A stretch of 63,690 nucleotides of DNA, the filler included, from Craspedostauros australis (Eukaryota): assembly GCA_030167865.1 (NCBI GenBank). It is 24 parts of 24 records of this genome, joined end to end, with 100 filler letters (N's around TTAATTAATTAA, not from the genome) between each part and the next. Parts side by side here need not be neighbours in the genome. Positions count along the whole stretch, not along the records: positions 48,933 to 51,003 come from JALAGF010002988.1; positions 51,104 to 52,518 come from JALAGF010002990.1; positions 52,619 to 53,867 come from JALAGF010002991.1; positions 53,968 to 57,168 come from JALAGF010002992.1; positions 57,269 to 58,746 come from JALAGF010002995.1; positions 58,847 to 60,794 come from JALAGF010002997.1; positions 60,895 to 63,690 come from JALAGF010002999.1; 17 more parts are not named here. One strand, given 5' to 3'. The first letter of the stretch is position 1. Each line of letters begins with the position of its first letter. Of the stretch, positions 49,102 through 60,976 are shown in pieces. The notes below the pieces were generated by a model. It was not told the origin of the DNA. It worked only from the letters and a program-made list of their open reading frames with translations, and did no database searches. The position numbers and the translations under genes are program-made.

Positions 49102-50685
49102 ATGTCCACCCAAGTCCGACGCACCGGAGGCCGCACCACGGCTGAAGCCCGAAACGCTGCAAGCGTGGCACTCGCTCGGAAGGCAGACCGCAACAAACGC
49201 AACAAGGAGAACGACGATGATGACCAAGACCCCACCGAAGAGGACCTCGGCAACAACGAGGGAACCCCCGATGGAACCAATGGAGAAATCATCATCCCAC
49301 CTGGCAACAATCCACCTTCACCAGCAGATCCAGCAAACAACCCTGCAGGCAATGGAGGAGACGGAGGTGGAGGAGACGACGACGACGACGACGGCGATGA
49401 TGAGGATGACGACGACAACGACGATGACGACGACGATGAAGAAGAAGAAAACATCGAACCAGCCATCCGCAGACGCCGCACGAACACATTCGCACTCACC
49501 CCAGCGAGGCTGCACAACAGGCCGCTCAACTGGGAACGCAAGCGAGACGTGAGCATTTACAACAAGGCGATCGAACCGCTCCAGCACGAGTTCGGAGTGG
49601 AGTCACAATCCATCAATGTGTTCCTCAACGACTTGCGCAACCGAGCAACTCTGTCCAACTGGTGGCCAACACTCACATTCCACGTCCAAGGAACATCATA
49701 CAACCTCATCGATGAACATGGAATGATCCCCTACGAGTCACTCAGAGCACATTGCCAAGTGATGATCAAGTCCCCAACCAGAGACGCGCAGAACTCACAA
49801 ATGATCTTTGCATGCCTCTCCAACTCACTCACGGAGAGCGGCAAATCACGAATGGGACTGGAGGTGAAGAAGTACACAGTCCGCAAGGAACAGTGTGGAC
49901 TTCTCTACTTCAAGGTGCTCATGATGCTATCTCAAGTCGACACCAATGCCACCGTGTCCGTCATTCGAACCAGACTCGCATCCCTGGACGACAAGATCAT
50001 CGAGCTCGAAGGAAATGTCACAGAGTTCAACGAGTACGTCAAGCAGCAACGCAATGACCTCGCATCACGTGGAGCCAAGACGCTCGACCTCCTGGTCAAC
50101 CTCTTCAAGGCATACCGCACTGTGGAGGATCCAAGGTTCGTGTCATACATCAGCACGAAGGAGGACTTGCACAATGAAGGCGGAGATCTCTCAGCGGATC
50201 AGCTCATGTCACTCGCAGACACCAAGTACAAGACCATGGTCGAGAACGGAACGTGGAAGGAACCCACAGAGGCCGATCGAAAGATCGTGGCGCTCACCGC
50301 ACAGATCGATCAACTCAAGAAGAAGGCGAAGGACAACAACAAGAAGGGAAAAGACAAGAAAGGCAGCAACAACAACAAGGACAAGGGCAAAGAGAAGAAG
50401 AACGGCAAGAAGGAGAAGGGAAAGGGCGATACTCCCTGGTACCTGACTCCTCCCAACGCCGGGGAACCGCACAAGAAGTCCGACAAGAATGGCAAGGACA
50501 TCTGGTGGTGCCCGAACCACGGCGACAAGGGCAAGTGGGTCCGTCACGATCCCAAGGAATGCCGCATGTCGAAGGACAAGAAGAAAGAGAAGGAAGCCGA
50601 CAAGCCACTCAGCAAGGCAAAGGCGGACAAGCTCAGAGTCGCCATGTATCAAATCATGGAAGACTCGGACGAGGAAGAGTACTGA
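49102..50685 (+). CDS. gag: Ty1/copia (CoDi-like) Gag with CHHC-type motif
   Basis: 'FALTPA', 'FLNDLRNRA', 'DLLVNLFKAY', 'WWCPNH...WVRHDPKEC'; ATG at 49102. Confidence 0.85.
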   Translation: MSTQVRRTGGRTTAEARNAASVALARKADRNKRNKENDDDDQDPTEEDLGNNEGTPDGTNGEIIIPPGNNPPSPADPANNPAGNGGDGGGGDDDDDDGDDEDDDDNDDDDDDEEEENIEPAIRRRRTNTFALTPARLHNRPLNWERKRDVSIYNKAIEPLQHEFGVESQSINVFLNDLRNRATLSNWWPTLTFHVQGTSYNLIDEHGMIPYESLRAHCQVMIKSPTRDAQNSQMIFACLSNSLTESGKSRMGLEVKKYTVRKEQCGLLYFKVLMMLSQVDTNATVSVIRTRLASLDDKIIELEGNVTEFNEYVKQQRNDLASRGAKTLDLLVNLFKAYRTVEDPRFVSYISTKEDLHNEGGDLSADQLMSLADTKYKTMVENGTWKEPTEADRKIVALTAQIDQLKKKAKDNNKKGKDKKGSNNNKDKGKEKKNGKKEKGKGDTPWYLTPPNAGEPHKKSDKNGKDIWWCPNHGDKGKWVRHDPKECRMSKDKKKEKEADKPLSKAKADKLRVAMYQIMEDSDEEEY

Positions 50686-53053
50686 AACTCAGGTCGGATC
50701 GCAAGAATGGCTCTTGCTATCTGCAGACCACTCCTCAACTCAATCCAACACATCATCACATGGCTCCTGCTCATCACCGCAGAGCTTGTGATGCATGTCA
50801 CAGGAAAGATTGTGTGGGCGGTTGGAGCAGCAATGACGACAGCAACCGGTAAGGTTATCCGTCGCCAATGCTTCAAGCGCCGCAGGCTCAAGCCAAGCCG
50901 CAACAGGTGCCGACGCATCTACGCTTACAGCACCAAACATCGCAGAGCCAAGATAGTGACAAAGAGACCGACGGGTCCCCTCACTCAGCTCTGGGCGATG
51001 GCANNNNNNNNNNNNNNNNNNNNNNNNNNNNNNNNNNNNNNNNNNNNTTAATTAATTAANNNNNNNNNNNNNNNNNNNNNNNNNNNNNNNNNNNNNNNNN
51101 NNNTTGAGAATCTCCGGGTGACTTGCGTCAGGATGCAAAAAATGGGCGTTTTTGCACCCTGACGCAAAAAAATTTCTCCATGGATATCCATGGAGAAACA
51201 GGACACTCTTGAGTACCACTTGGACATGAGGAAGAATAATAATTGCCGATATTTCCATTCCGTTGTTCGCTTGACGTATGCATGTGCGCTCCGCTGCGCG
51301 ACGAAAAGGCACGGATCAGGTAGATCTTGACCATGTACACACAATGCACCATGCGATCATCCAGTTGAGAATCCTCGTAGATCGTATTGAACTCAACACA
51401 TTCTTCTCCCCGGATGGATCCAAATCTTTTCGCGAACAGAGAAGACGGCCAAAAGGAAGATAAGCGCATCCAACAACGTCGCACACAATGTTCGATCATT
51501 GCGCCCACAAGAGCCAGGGGCATAGGTACTTCCCCCTGTCTTGTTAAGAGATGTCTGGGATCGCAGTAACCGGTGGTTTATTGTCACCCATGCTTAGAGT
51601 AGGTACGAACATGCCTCGAGTACTCGCGCGTGTGTCCGAGTATGTGGCGACGGTGATTGGCTGTGCTTCTTCTTCGTCATTCGTGAAGTGAGCACGATGA
51701 AGGATCACCCCAATCGAAGAAAGAACAATAAGCAGTCTCAGAGTGTCTATTACACAAGTACGGCTACGAGACAAGGATCCTGCGTTGGTGGAACAGTCGT
51801 ACTCCTTTTTACGAGGAAACACCTGGCACCACCTTCCACTCTTTGCCACTCGTATCGTTCTTGCTCTTGCTCTTGCTCTTGAGATACAAACAAAGACATT
51901 GCGGAAGAGAGTGAGTGGTGTGGTTCACCATGCATGGTTGTATACCTTGACTACGAGTATGAGCATGATAAACGACGATTTGCAGACGTGTTTCATGGGA
52001 GAGATCCTTTTCGCTCTGCTTCAGACTCCGTGATGGTATCGAGCTGCGTCGTGAGCCTCCTCTTCTCCTTTCATGTTATGTACAGTATCGGTGCCCGAAC
52101 TGTGTATGGAGTGGAACACCAAGAACGTGTTCTGTTGGGTGACCCTTGGGAAGCGCGGTAAAGACACCACATGTGTCGATTTGTACTTTATTCACGCTTG
52201 AAGCGTGTTGTGCCGTGCTTTGTTCGTTCGGATCATCGACTCATGCGACTACTAGAGCACGCCTTTCCCGTGTCGGCGTGATGTTGCGCTTATTGATGTG
52301 CGTGCCCTGGGCGATGTCCAACACTGTGTGAACGTGCCAATGACGTCCGCTTTGCTCTCCTTCCATCCCCTCGTGTCTGCTCCAAGACATCCCCATTCCC
52401 ATACACGCGACGTCACATTGCCTCCTTTCCGCCATGACAGCCCTTCGGCTCAATCGCCCCTTGCTTTTCAAGAGGGTCCTTGCTTCGCATTCGTTGTTCG
52501 TGCTGGTGCGTGTCTTCGNNNNNNNNNNNNNNNNNNNNNNNNNNNNNNNNNNNNNNNNNNNNTTAATTAATTAANNNNNNNNNNNNNNNNNNNNNNNNNN
52601 NNNNNNNNNNNNNNNNNNACAGAATTCGTGGAATTGGGAACATCTCTGCACGCGCAAAAGTGGTGAAGCGAGAATCGACGATTCCCATTTGTGGTGTTCT
52701 CGTGTTCGCAACAGCGATCTTGTGGGGTGTGTGGTGTTCTGTTCCTTCTTCTCGTTGTTGTGTGCGCCAGTTCGCAGTCAGCAAAAGGAAGGATCCGCAC
52801 TCTCCGGACAGCGCTGGTTCCCTCTCCCAAACCAGGGTGCGATCAAGAAGTGGACAAACAGAGAAACGAGGAGAGAAACGGGAGAACATTGAAACGAGGC
52901 AACCGCACACACTGCTCAACCCCACAATCGAGCACATCAACAACAGACATGTCATGGGTAGCTCGAACAGAACACTTCCTCAACAGTCAATCCAACGCCA
53001 ATCGTTCAACGTCCAACGTCAATCGTCCAGCAACCATCGACCATCCTCCCAAA

Positions 53054-53809
53054 ATGCCGAATGTTACGAACAGACAACTCATGATTGCTGCCAGGACAGG
53101 TGACTTGTCGGTGTTGAAGAAATGGAAGAAGCAGAACAAGACGCAGAATGAAGGAGTTGATGTCAACAAGGTTACAGACAGCCGTGGTTGGACTCCCCTT
53201 CATTGGGCATGCTACAACGGCCAGCTGGAGTGTGTGGAGTACCTCGTTGCATCATGGGGGGCGAACATCAACTGCAAAAACATGTTTGGTTGGACTCCCC
53301 TTCATTTGGCATGCATCAAAGGTCACCTGGAGTGCAGGAAGTACCTCATCGAATCATGTGGGGCAAACATCAATTGCAAAGATGACGATGGTTACACTCC
53401 CCTTCATCACGCATGCATCAAAGGTCACCTGGAGTGTGTGAAGTACCTCATCGAATCATGCAGGGCCGACGTCAACTGCGAAGACAACGATGGTGACACT
53501 CCCCTTCGTTGGGCATGCCGCAAGGGCCAACTGGAGTGTATCGAGTCCCTCATCAGAGGACTTTCGCCTTCAGCTCACCCACAACTGCAACAACTGCAGC
53601 AACGCTTACAACAAAACGAACAAGCAAATGAACAACCACAAGAACAGTTGGGACAGCAGTTGAAGCGCAAGAGGCAAGAGAATGAACACAAACACAGCAG
53701 CAACAAGAGGACCAACATCAACATTGGAGAAGATCGGCCATATCCTTCCAAACTGGGAACAGGACAGACACCATCTTCTTGTGTGGACAGGGCGACCAAC
53801 AGCAACTAA
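53054..53809 (+). CDS. Ankyrin repeat protein
   Basis: Four GxTPL(H/R)xACxxGxLECxxxL repeats; ATG at 53054 in AAAATG context. Confidence 0.9.
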   Translation: MPNVTNRQLMIAARTGDLSVLKKWKKQNKTQNEGVDVNKVTDSRGWTPLHWACYNGQLECVEYLVASWGANINCKNMFGWTPLHLACIKGHLECRKYLIESCGANINCKDDDGYTPLHHACIKGHLECVKYLIESCRADVNCEDNDGDTPLRWACRKGQLECIESLIRGLSPSAHPQLQQLQQRLQQNEQANEQPQEQLGQQLKRKRQENEHKHSSNKRTNINIGEDRPYPSKLGTGQTPSSCVDRATNSN

Positions 53810-53967
53810 CCAAGGCAAACGCCCAAGCCCTCATCATCACACTCCCATCCATTGAGACACTGATCGANNNNNNNNNNNNNNNNNNNNNNNNNNNNNNNNN
53901 NNNNNNNNNNNTTAATTAATTAANNNNNNNNNNNNNNNNNNNNNNNNNNNNNNNNNNNNNNNNNNNN

Positions 53968-55140
53968 GCACATGTTACTACTTTGTATGGTTGGCCCTGC
54001 GCGCCATGACTCCATACCCGGTTTGTTGCAACCGTACTAAATACAACATGAGGAACAAATCATCCCGCGTACAACATCACTCGCGCACCATCCGACACGG
54101 TCCTCCTGCTCTTCGTCTGTTTCTGTGTGTGCTGTTCTTTTTCGTTCGTTTCGATTTAGCCCGTNTGTTCTTACTGACGTTGCACATGTTACTACTTTGT
54201 ATGGTTGGCCCTGCGCGCCATGACTCCATACCCGGTTTGTTGCAACCGTACTAAATACAACATGAAGAACAAATCATCCCGCGTACAACATCACTCGCGC
54301 ACCATCCGACACGGTCCTCCTGCTCTTCGTCTGTTTCTGTGTGTGCTGTTCTTTTTCGTTCGTTTCGATTTAGCCCGTCTGTTCTTACTGACGTTGCACA
54401 TGTTACTACTTTGTATGGTTGGCCCTGTGTGTCATGACTCCATACCCGCTTTGTTGCAACCGTACCAGACACGACATGAAGAACAAATCATCCCGCGTAC
54501 AACATCACTCGCGCACCACCCGACACGGTCCTCCTGCTCTTCGTCTGTTTCTGTGTGTGCCGGTCGTTTTCGGTCGTTTCGTTTTAGCCCGTCTGTTCTT
54601 ACTGACATTGCACATGTGACAAGTTCGCACGATCGACCCTGTGTGTCATGACGCCATACCTGGTTTGTTTCAGCAACACTGCACAGAGAGACATGCCAGA
54701 AACGACGTGCGGAACAACAAATCATCCCACGTACAACATCACTCGCGCACCATCCGACATGGTCCTCCTGCTCTTGGTCTGTTTCTGTGTGTGCTGGTAG
54801 TTTTTGTTCGTTTCGTTGTAGCCCGTCTGTTCTTACTGACATTGCACATGTGACAAGTTTGTACGATCAACCCTGCGCGCCATGACCCCATGCCCGGTTT
54901 GTTTCAGCAATATTGCACAGACACATGTCAGAAAAGACATGAAGAACAAATCATCGCGCATACAACGTCGCTCGCGCATCGTCCGACACGTCCCTCTTTC
55001 TCTTTGTCTGTTTCTGTGTGTGCTGGCCTTTTTTGTTTGTTGCGATTTAGCCTATCTGTCTGTACTTGTTGATGTTGCACATGTTAATACTTTGTATGGT
55101 TGGCCCTGTGCGCCATGACTCCATACCCGGTTTATTGGGA
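53968..55140. repeat. ~214-bp tandem repeat, 5-6 units, degenerating rightwards
   Basis: Units start at about 53968, 54182, 54396, 54610, 54843 and 55077. Confidence 0.93.
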
Positions 55141-55445
55141 CAATACTGCACAGACATGAGGCCCACGTACAGAATTGCGCGGGCAGAATCAAACACAGCA
55201 CATCCAACCCTCCTCTGTGTTCGTGAATGTATTTTGTTTTTTGCCAGTCCAAACCAACACAGATGGCGAATGCCAACAAGCTGAACAACATGCTAATTTT
55301 TGCATGTTCTTGTGTGTTCAGAACAAATCAACAATAGCAGCACTTGCCGTGTATGTTTTCGTCTCTCTGTTGCTGAATTTCATAGTTCACTGCTTGATGT
55401 CACAATTTTGTCCTCCATCCTGTTGGTACATCAAGGCACATCAGA

Positions 55446-56491
55446 ATGGCATCAGAGACAACAGAGACAGCCATTGCATGCAAGGGCATGGAGCTTCTGG
55501 GACAAGAATTTGAGCCTAGACTCCAGACTCCACCATCGTATGGCGTGCAAACATGTTTCCGAAGCAACTTTGGAACCCACACCAAAGTGGCAGCCATGGC
55601 GTGGGACGGACTGAATGAGGAGGACTTACTGCCGTTGAATGCAACAATGGAGCACCTGCTGTGCGCTCTCATGTTTCTCAAACAATATCCGACATGGGGT
55701 GTGCTGGCAGGACGAATGGGAAAGGATGTGAAAACTGTACAGAAGTGGACCTGGATTATTCTTCGTGCGTTGGGTCTCCTCAGCCGTGAACTTGTAAGTA
55801 GCACAACTTTGGAACATCAACATCCAGACTGCAACATAGACAATGCAATTGATGAGCAGCATGACTTACCTCTCTCATTCTCTTTCTCTTCCAATGTTCA
55901 CATGTGTTCATCCTATCCCAGATATGTTTTGAAGATCGGAAAATGGGATGTGCGCCAGGAACTACAACAATGGCATCTGTAGATGGCACTGACTTCCCCA
56001 TCATGGAGCCTGTTTTGTATGATCCAGGCTGGTATTCCCACAAATTTCAAGCTGCAGGGCTCCGATACGAAACTTGCGTTTCCATTGTAAAAGGGCACCT
56101 TGTGTGGGTGGACGGACCGTATCCTTGTGGGGAGTGGCCGGACATCAAAATTTATCGAGAGAAGCTCTTACATGCGTTGGATCCTTTCGAACAGGTCATT
56201 GCCGACCGTGGGTACAGAGGTGAGCGAAGCTGCTGCTTGGATCGCACTCGATGCAATGGCGTGATTCGTGCACGCCATGAAACCGTACACAAAAGGTTCA
56301 AGAACTGGAAGTGCCTGAAGCAAAAATGGCGGCACTTACTGGAGAAGCACCAGTATGCAATGTACTCGGTTGCCGCAATCACGCAGTTGGAACTGAAACA
56401 TACAAATCCATTGTTTAACCTCACCGAAACAATGGGAGTGATCAGAGAGATGGATGATTGGTTGGATTCCCTGGTGGAACCGGAAGAATAA
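55446..56491 (+). CDS. PIF/Harbinger-type DDE (DDE_Tnp_4) nuclease/transposase; join(55446..55793,55922..56491)
   Basis: 'SVDGTDF', 'WYSHKF...GLRYE', 'ADRGYRG', 'RARHETV..RFKNW'; a GTAAGT...CAG 128-nt intron joins the two ORFs in frame. Confidence 0.88.
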
Positions 56492-57268
56492 GCAACACTC
56501 ACATGCAACAAAACAACAAACTTTAAATAGCAACAACAACAACCACTTTTCAATCTATTCGTCGCCACAACTGCTGGAAAGTTGATGCAGTTGGCTGGAC
56601 CAACAGACAAAGTATCCCAGGCCAAACCAAGGTGGACTGAAGGAGTGATCCTTGTCTGCAAAGGTAAGAATAAGGACAAGGACAAGGAAGAAGAGAAGAA
56701 ACAGAGGCACGAAGCAGTTTGTNTGCAATCATGATTGTGTTGTTGACAAACACATGGGGGGAACAAGAAGAAGCTGCTTGTACAACATAAGAACAACAAC
56801 TATGCAAATAGCCTGGTAGTTTTGGACTCCTGCATCCAACAAATCCGGCACATCATGCAACCATCAAGGTCCACGGAGATGGGGGCAGAGGCCGTTGTTA
56901 CAGCTCTCAGCATCCTGAAGTAAGGCAGCACTCCATCAGAAGGAAGCAACTACATGTCAATCAACATCATCAAGGAAGCTCGGCAAGGAGCAGGCTGAGA
57001 CGGCCTGATATGGACTGCACAGTTCGACCGTGGAGAAAGCACGGTCGAAACCCTGCCAGGTCATCAGAGCGCCGCAAACCCTTCCACTGGCAAACCAAAG
57101 TGACTCACGAGCTGTGACACGTGACATTACAACAATGGTCAGGCCTAAATCACCTCCTCCTTGAAGAANNNNNNNNNNNNNNNNNNNNNNNNNNNNNNNN
57201 NNNNNNNNNNNNTTAATTAATTAANNNNNNNNNNNNNNNNNNNNNNNNNNNNNNNNNNNNNNNNNNNN

Positions 57269-58746
57269 ATCGACGAGTGCGCAGTCCATCTTCTTGATTA
57301 GCATGATCACCATCATGACCCGATAGGTCACATCATGGATGACGGGTGAGTAGTGTTCTTGGAAGTCTACTCCTGCGACTTGTGAATAGCCACATGCAAC
57401 GAGCCGCGCTCGATGTGTGCCGTCACGCTTCAGCTTGAAGACCCANNNNNNNNNNNNNNNNNNNNNNNNNNNNNNNNNNNNNNNNNNNNNNNNNNNNNNN
57501 NNNNNNNNNNNNNNNNNNNNNNNNNNNNNNNNNNNNNNNNNNNNNNNNNNNNNNNNNNNNNNNNNNNNNNNNNNNNNNNNNNNNNNNNNNNNNNNNNNNN
57601 NNNNNNNNNNNNNNNNNNNNNNNNNNNNNNNNNNNNNNNNNNNNNNNNNNNNNNNNNNNNNNNNNNNNNNNNNNNNNNNNNNNNNNNNNNNNNNNNNNNN
57701 NAGTCCTGTTGTGCTATGATGAGTGATCTCGATCTCTTCATCTTCGTCTTCGATTTCTTCATCATCTGTAGTCTCATTGTTGGAGTCGTCGATCATCTCG
57801 TCGCTGAGTTCGTCACTCGCCTCGTTGGATGATGGATCGCTCTCATAACCTTCTTCCTTTCGACCTCGTTCGTTGAAGTCTGCGAGCTCGCGCAGAGCTC
57901 TGGGAATACTCTTCCCTGCAGTTGACTTGGGATTAGCTTCTCCCTTCCTGCCTCGTGCTTCGTGACGTCGGATCCTCTCCTTTCTAGCCATGTCACGCTT
58001 GCTTGGTTTGCTCGGTGGAGGTCTGGATGGTACGTCATGTGTAGACCTCGCTGGTGTGTTCGGAGGAGTGATACCTGTGTCATCGTCGGCTTCGTCGCCG
58101 GATGGTAGGATCTCATCATCCTCGTGATTGGATTCGCTCCGATCTTCCTCGTTATTTCGGATTACTTGAGTCACTACTCCGTCGTCCTCATTATCCTCAT
58201 CATCGCTGTCTGATAGGATGTAGTATCTGTTGCTGTTAGCGAAAGATACTCTCTTCGCTTCCGATGTTTGACGCGTTGCCGTCCTTGGCGTTGCTCCCTT
58301 CCGTCCGATGGTTGTGAAGCCGTCTGCGTCCGTTGTTGCTGTTTCGTTGGATATGTTCGGTACTGGTGCCCAGCCACGGAACTGTCCGTATGATTGGTTG
58401 AGCCACTTGATGTCCCGTGAACAGATGAGTGACTTGGTCGATGGTCTNNNNNNNNNNNNNNNNNNNNNNNNNNNNNNNNNNNNNNNNNNNNNNNNNACCA
58501 TCTCTTCTCCTCTGTTCTTGAGTTTGGCGGTGATCCCGCCGTAGGTGGTCTTCACAACACCTACCTCTCCAAACGTGCGGAGTGCATCCGCATATGGTGG
58601 ATCATTGCCGAAGAATTGTCGATGTGGTGACTCCTTCTGGTTTTTCGCTACGGTGATGTTGACGATGGCGGTGGCAGTGCTAGCAGCTGCTGCCCACAGG
58701 CCATGTCTATATTCTTCGTCGAGCTGTGCTCCGTTGAGCATGGAGC
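57269..58746 (-). mobile_element. pol: Copia integrase C-terminus, linker and RT start (gapped)
   Basis: 'LWAAAASTA...LRTFGEVG' and 'WVFKLKRDGTHRARLVACGYSQVAGVDF'. Confidence 0.92.
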
Positions 58747-58846
58747 NNNNNNNNNNNNNNNNNNNNNNNNNNNNNNNNNNNNNNNNNNNNTTAATTAATT
58801 AANNNNNNNNNNNNNNNNNNNNNNNNNNNNNNNNNNNNNNNNNNNN

Positions 58847-60794
58847 GGTGGCGGCCGTCGTGAGGAGCGCAAGAAGTCGGCTTTCTACCAGCCAGACAAG
58901 GACGCGTTCTGCGAGGCCTGCCGCCGGCCAGGGCACCGTTCTGGGACATGCTTGCCATGGGCGCGCGACCTCGCGTTCGCTGAGCTTCGCGAGGAGAAGC
59001 CTGACCTGGCCAAGAAGGTCCTGGCGGCGTACAAGGAGGCCTACTCCCGTGACCGTTCGCGCACGGTTGCACGGGCCGTCAAGATGGTGCGTGAGGAATA
59101 CGGCTCTGACGGCACCAGCGACGGTGATGGCGAGGCTTTCGACCGCACGGCCCAAATTCTCTTCCAGGATTTTGTGCTTGCCGGCCAGGAGTAGACCAAC
59201 TCCCTGGTGAGCGGTACAAGACCCCAGGTCATGATCGCGGGATGCATACAGGCACGCCTCTTGGCGATGCATCTCCGCTCGACGCTGCCTGTGGACGCAA
59301 TCGTCCAACCGAGCTGAGACCGTTCGTTATGTCCACGACAGTCCTGCTCCGCGCACACGCGCTCGCGGGTTGCGCTAGTTCCGATTGGCGAGATCGCGTC
59401 AAGGGACAGTGCGACTTGGGAGCCAACGTGTGTGCCACGCCGCATGCTGCGCTGCTGAAGCGGTACGTGCCTTTTGGTACACCGTCGATGCTAGCAGCTG
59501 CGGACTCTTCGTCGCCAGCCATGCCATGCCCTGGTGCGGGATACGCATGCATCCAATGCGGCGACGGTGAAGACCTCAGTGTTCGCATGCTCCTATGCCC
59601 TCTGCTCGCTGACACTCTTGTGTCGCCGCAGGCCATCATCCGACAGACCGACAACAGCTTCGACGGATTTGGCATCGAGTCTACGTCTCGTGACGCTTTC
59701 ATCGTGTTCCGTTCGCCCCAGCGAGACCTACGCATTCCACTGCTCATTCGCAACGGCCTCTACTTCTTTGGCGGACCATCACCCCGCGCCATGGCCGCAC
59801 GAGTCGCATCCAAGGCGCTGGTGACGGAGCTGTGGCATATGCGGCTGGGTCATGTGGGCGTCGGACAACTGCAGAAGCTGGTCAAATGCTCCAGCGGCAT
59901 TCCACCTGATGTCACAAGACACTTGCATCCGCTGCGTCATTGCGATGTGTGCAGTCAAGCTGGCTATCAACATGCCAATCGTGGGCCAGCTGACGTCGCC
60001 ACCGCGAATGTTGCTGGCGCACGGTTCCACATCGACTTCGGCTTTATGCGGGCCTCTGACAGTTCCTACGGTCAACAGCGTCGCACCAAGGACACTCAAC
60101 GAGTGGTGCGATCAGTCGACGGCTTCTGCGCGTATCTCCTTGTCGTGGACGCATGGACCTGCTACGTTTGGGTTTTTCCAACCAAGGACAAGTCGCCGCC
60201 ACTCATGGCTGTACGCCAAGTGCTTACCTCTTTTGGACGCCAACATGGCTACCGCGCTGTGCGTGTGGACTTGGGTGGAGAGCTTGCGCGGTCCGGGCAG
60301 TTCAGCACCATGGTNNNNNNNNNNNNNNNNNNNNNNNAACCTACGGGTGCGGACTGTGCCTGGATGAATGGCAAAGTCGAACGCCTGAATCGCACGTTTG
60401 GCACCATGGTGCGTGCTCTCCTCTACTCGTCCGGCCTGTCGCCCGACTTCTGGTCCAAGGCTCTGACACACGCGGTATATCTGAAGAACCGCATGTATCA
60501 CTCCACCATTGGGAAGACGCCGTATGAGATGCAGCATGGAACTCCGCCTGATCTCGGCCACATCCGGGTTTTTGGTGCCCGCGTCACCGTCAAGAAGCCA
60601 GGGAAACCGGCTGCCAAGCTTGATCGGCACACATACAGCGGCATCTTTGTGGGCCACACTGCGACACCAACTCTGCACGAGTACTACGACTTGACTACGG
60701 GAAGGTTCAAGCGCGCTGGCAACATCGTCTTCGACGAAGCCCATTTTGCTTCCAGCACGCGCCCACCCGGGCCTCAGCTTCTCTACGATTTGGG
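58847..60794 (+). mobile_element. pol: Copia gag 3' end plus pol (protease-like, HHCC, rve integrase)
   Basis: 'ELWHMRLGH...CDVC', 'FHIDFGFMRAS', 'VRVDLGGEL', 'NGKVERLN'. Confidence 0.92.
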
Positions 60795-60894
60795 NNNNNN
60801 NNNNNNNNNNNNNNNNNNNNNNNNNNNNNNNNNNNNNNTTAATTAATTAANNNNNNNNNNNNNNNNNNNNNNNNNNNNNNNNNNNNNNNNNNNN

Positions 60895-60976
60895 CAAGTG
60901 CGTATGAGAGAATAACGGGTGAACGATGCACATATACACGTACATCTTGACATATACTCACATGTACATCTCGACA
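60895..60976 (+). mobile_element. Arm D terminus
   Basis: Matches 18966-19047. Confidence 0.85.

Noticed and set aside
51104..52518. Possible membrane-anchored host gene on the minus strand
   Set aside because: Only short broken ORFs; insufficient evidence
5071..60894. Regularly recurring TTAATTAATTAA as a biological repeat or TTAA target site
   Set aside because: Always embedded in uniform N runs; an assembly concatenation linker
9650..60976. Strict orientation rule for genes next to modules (promoter versus terminator arms)
   Set aside because: Arm A has flanking genes reading both toward it (41682) and away from it (11551, 47154 side); too few cases for the other arms
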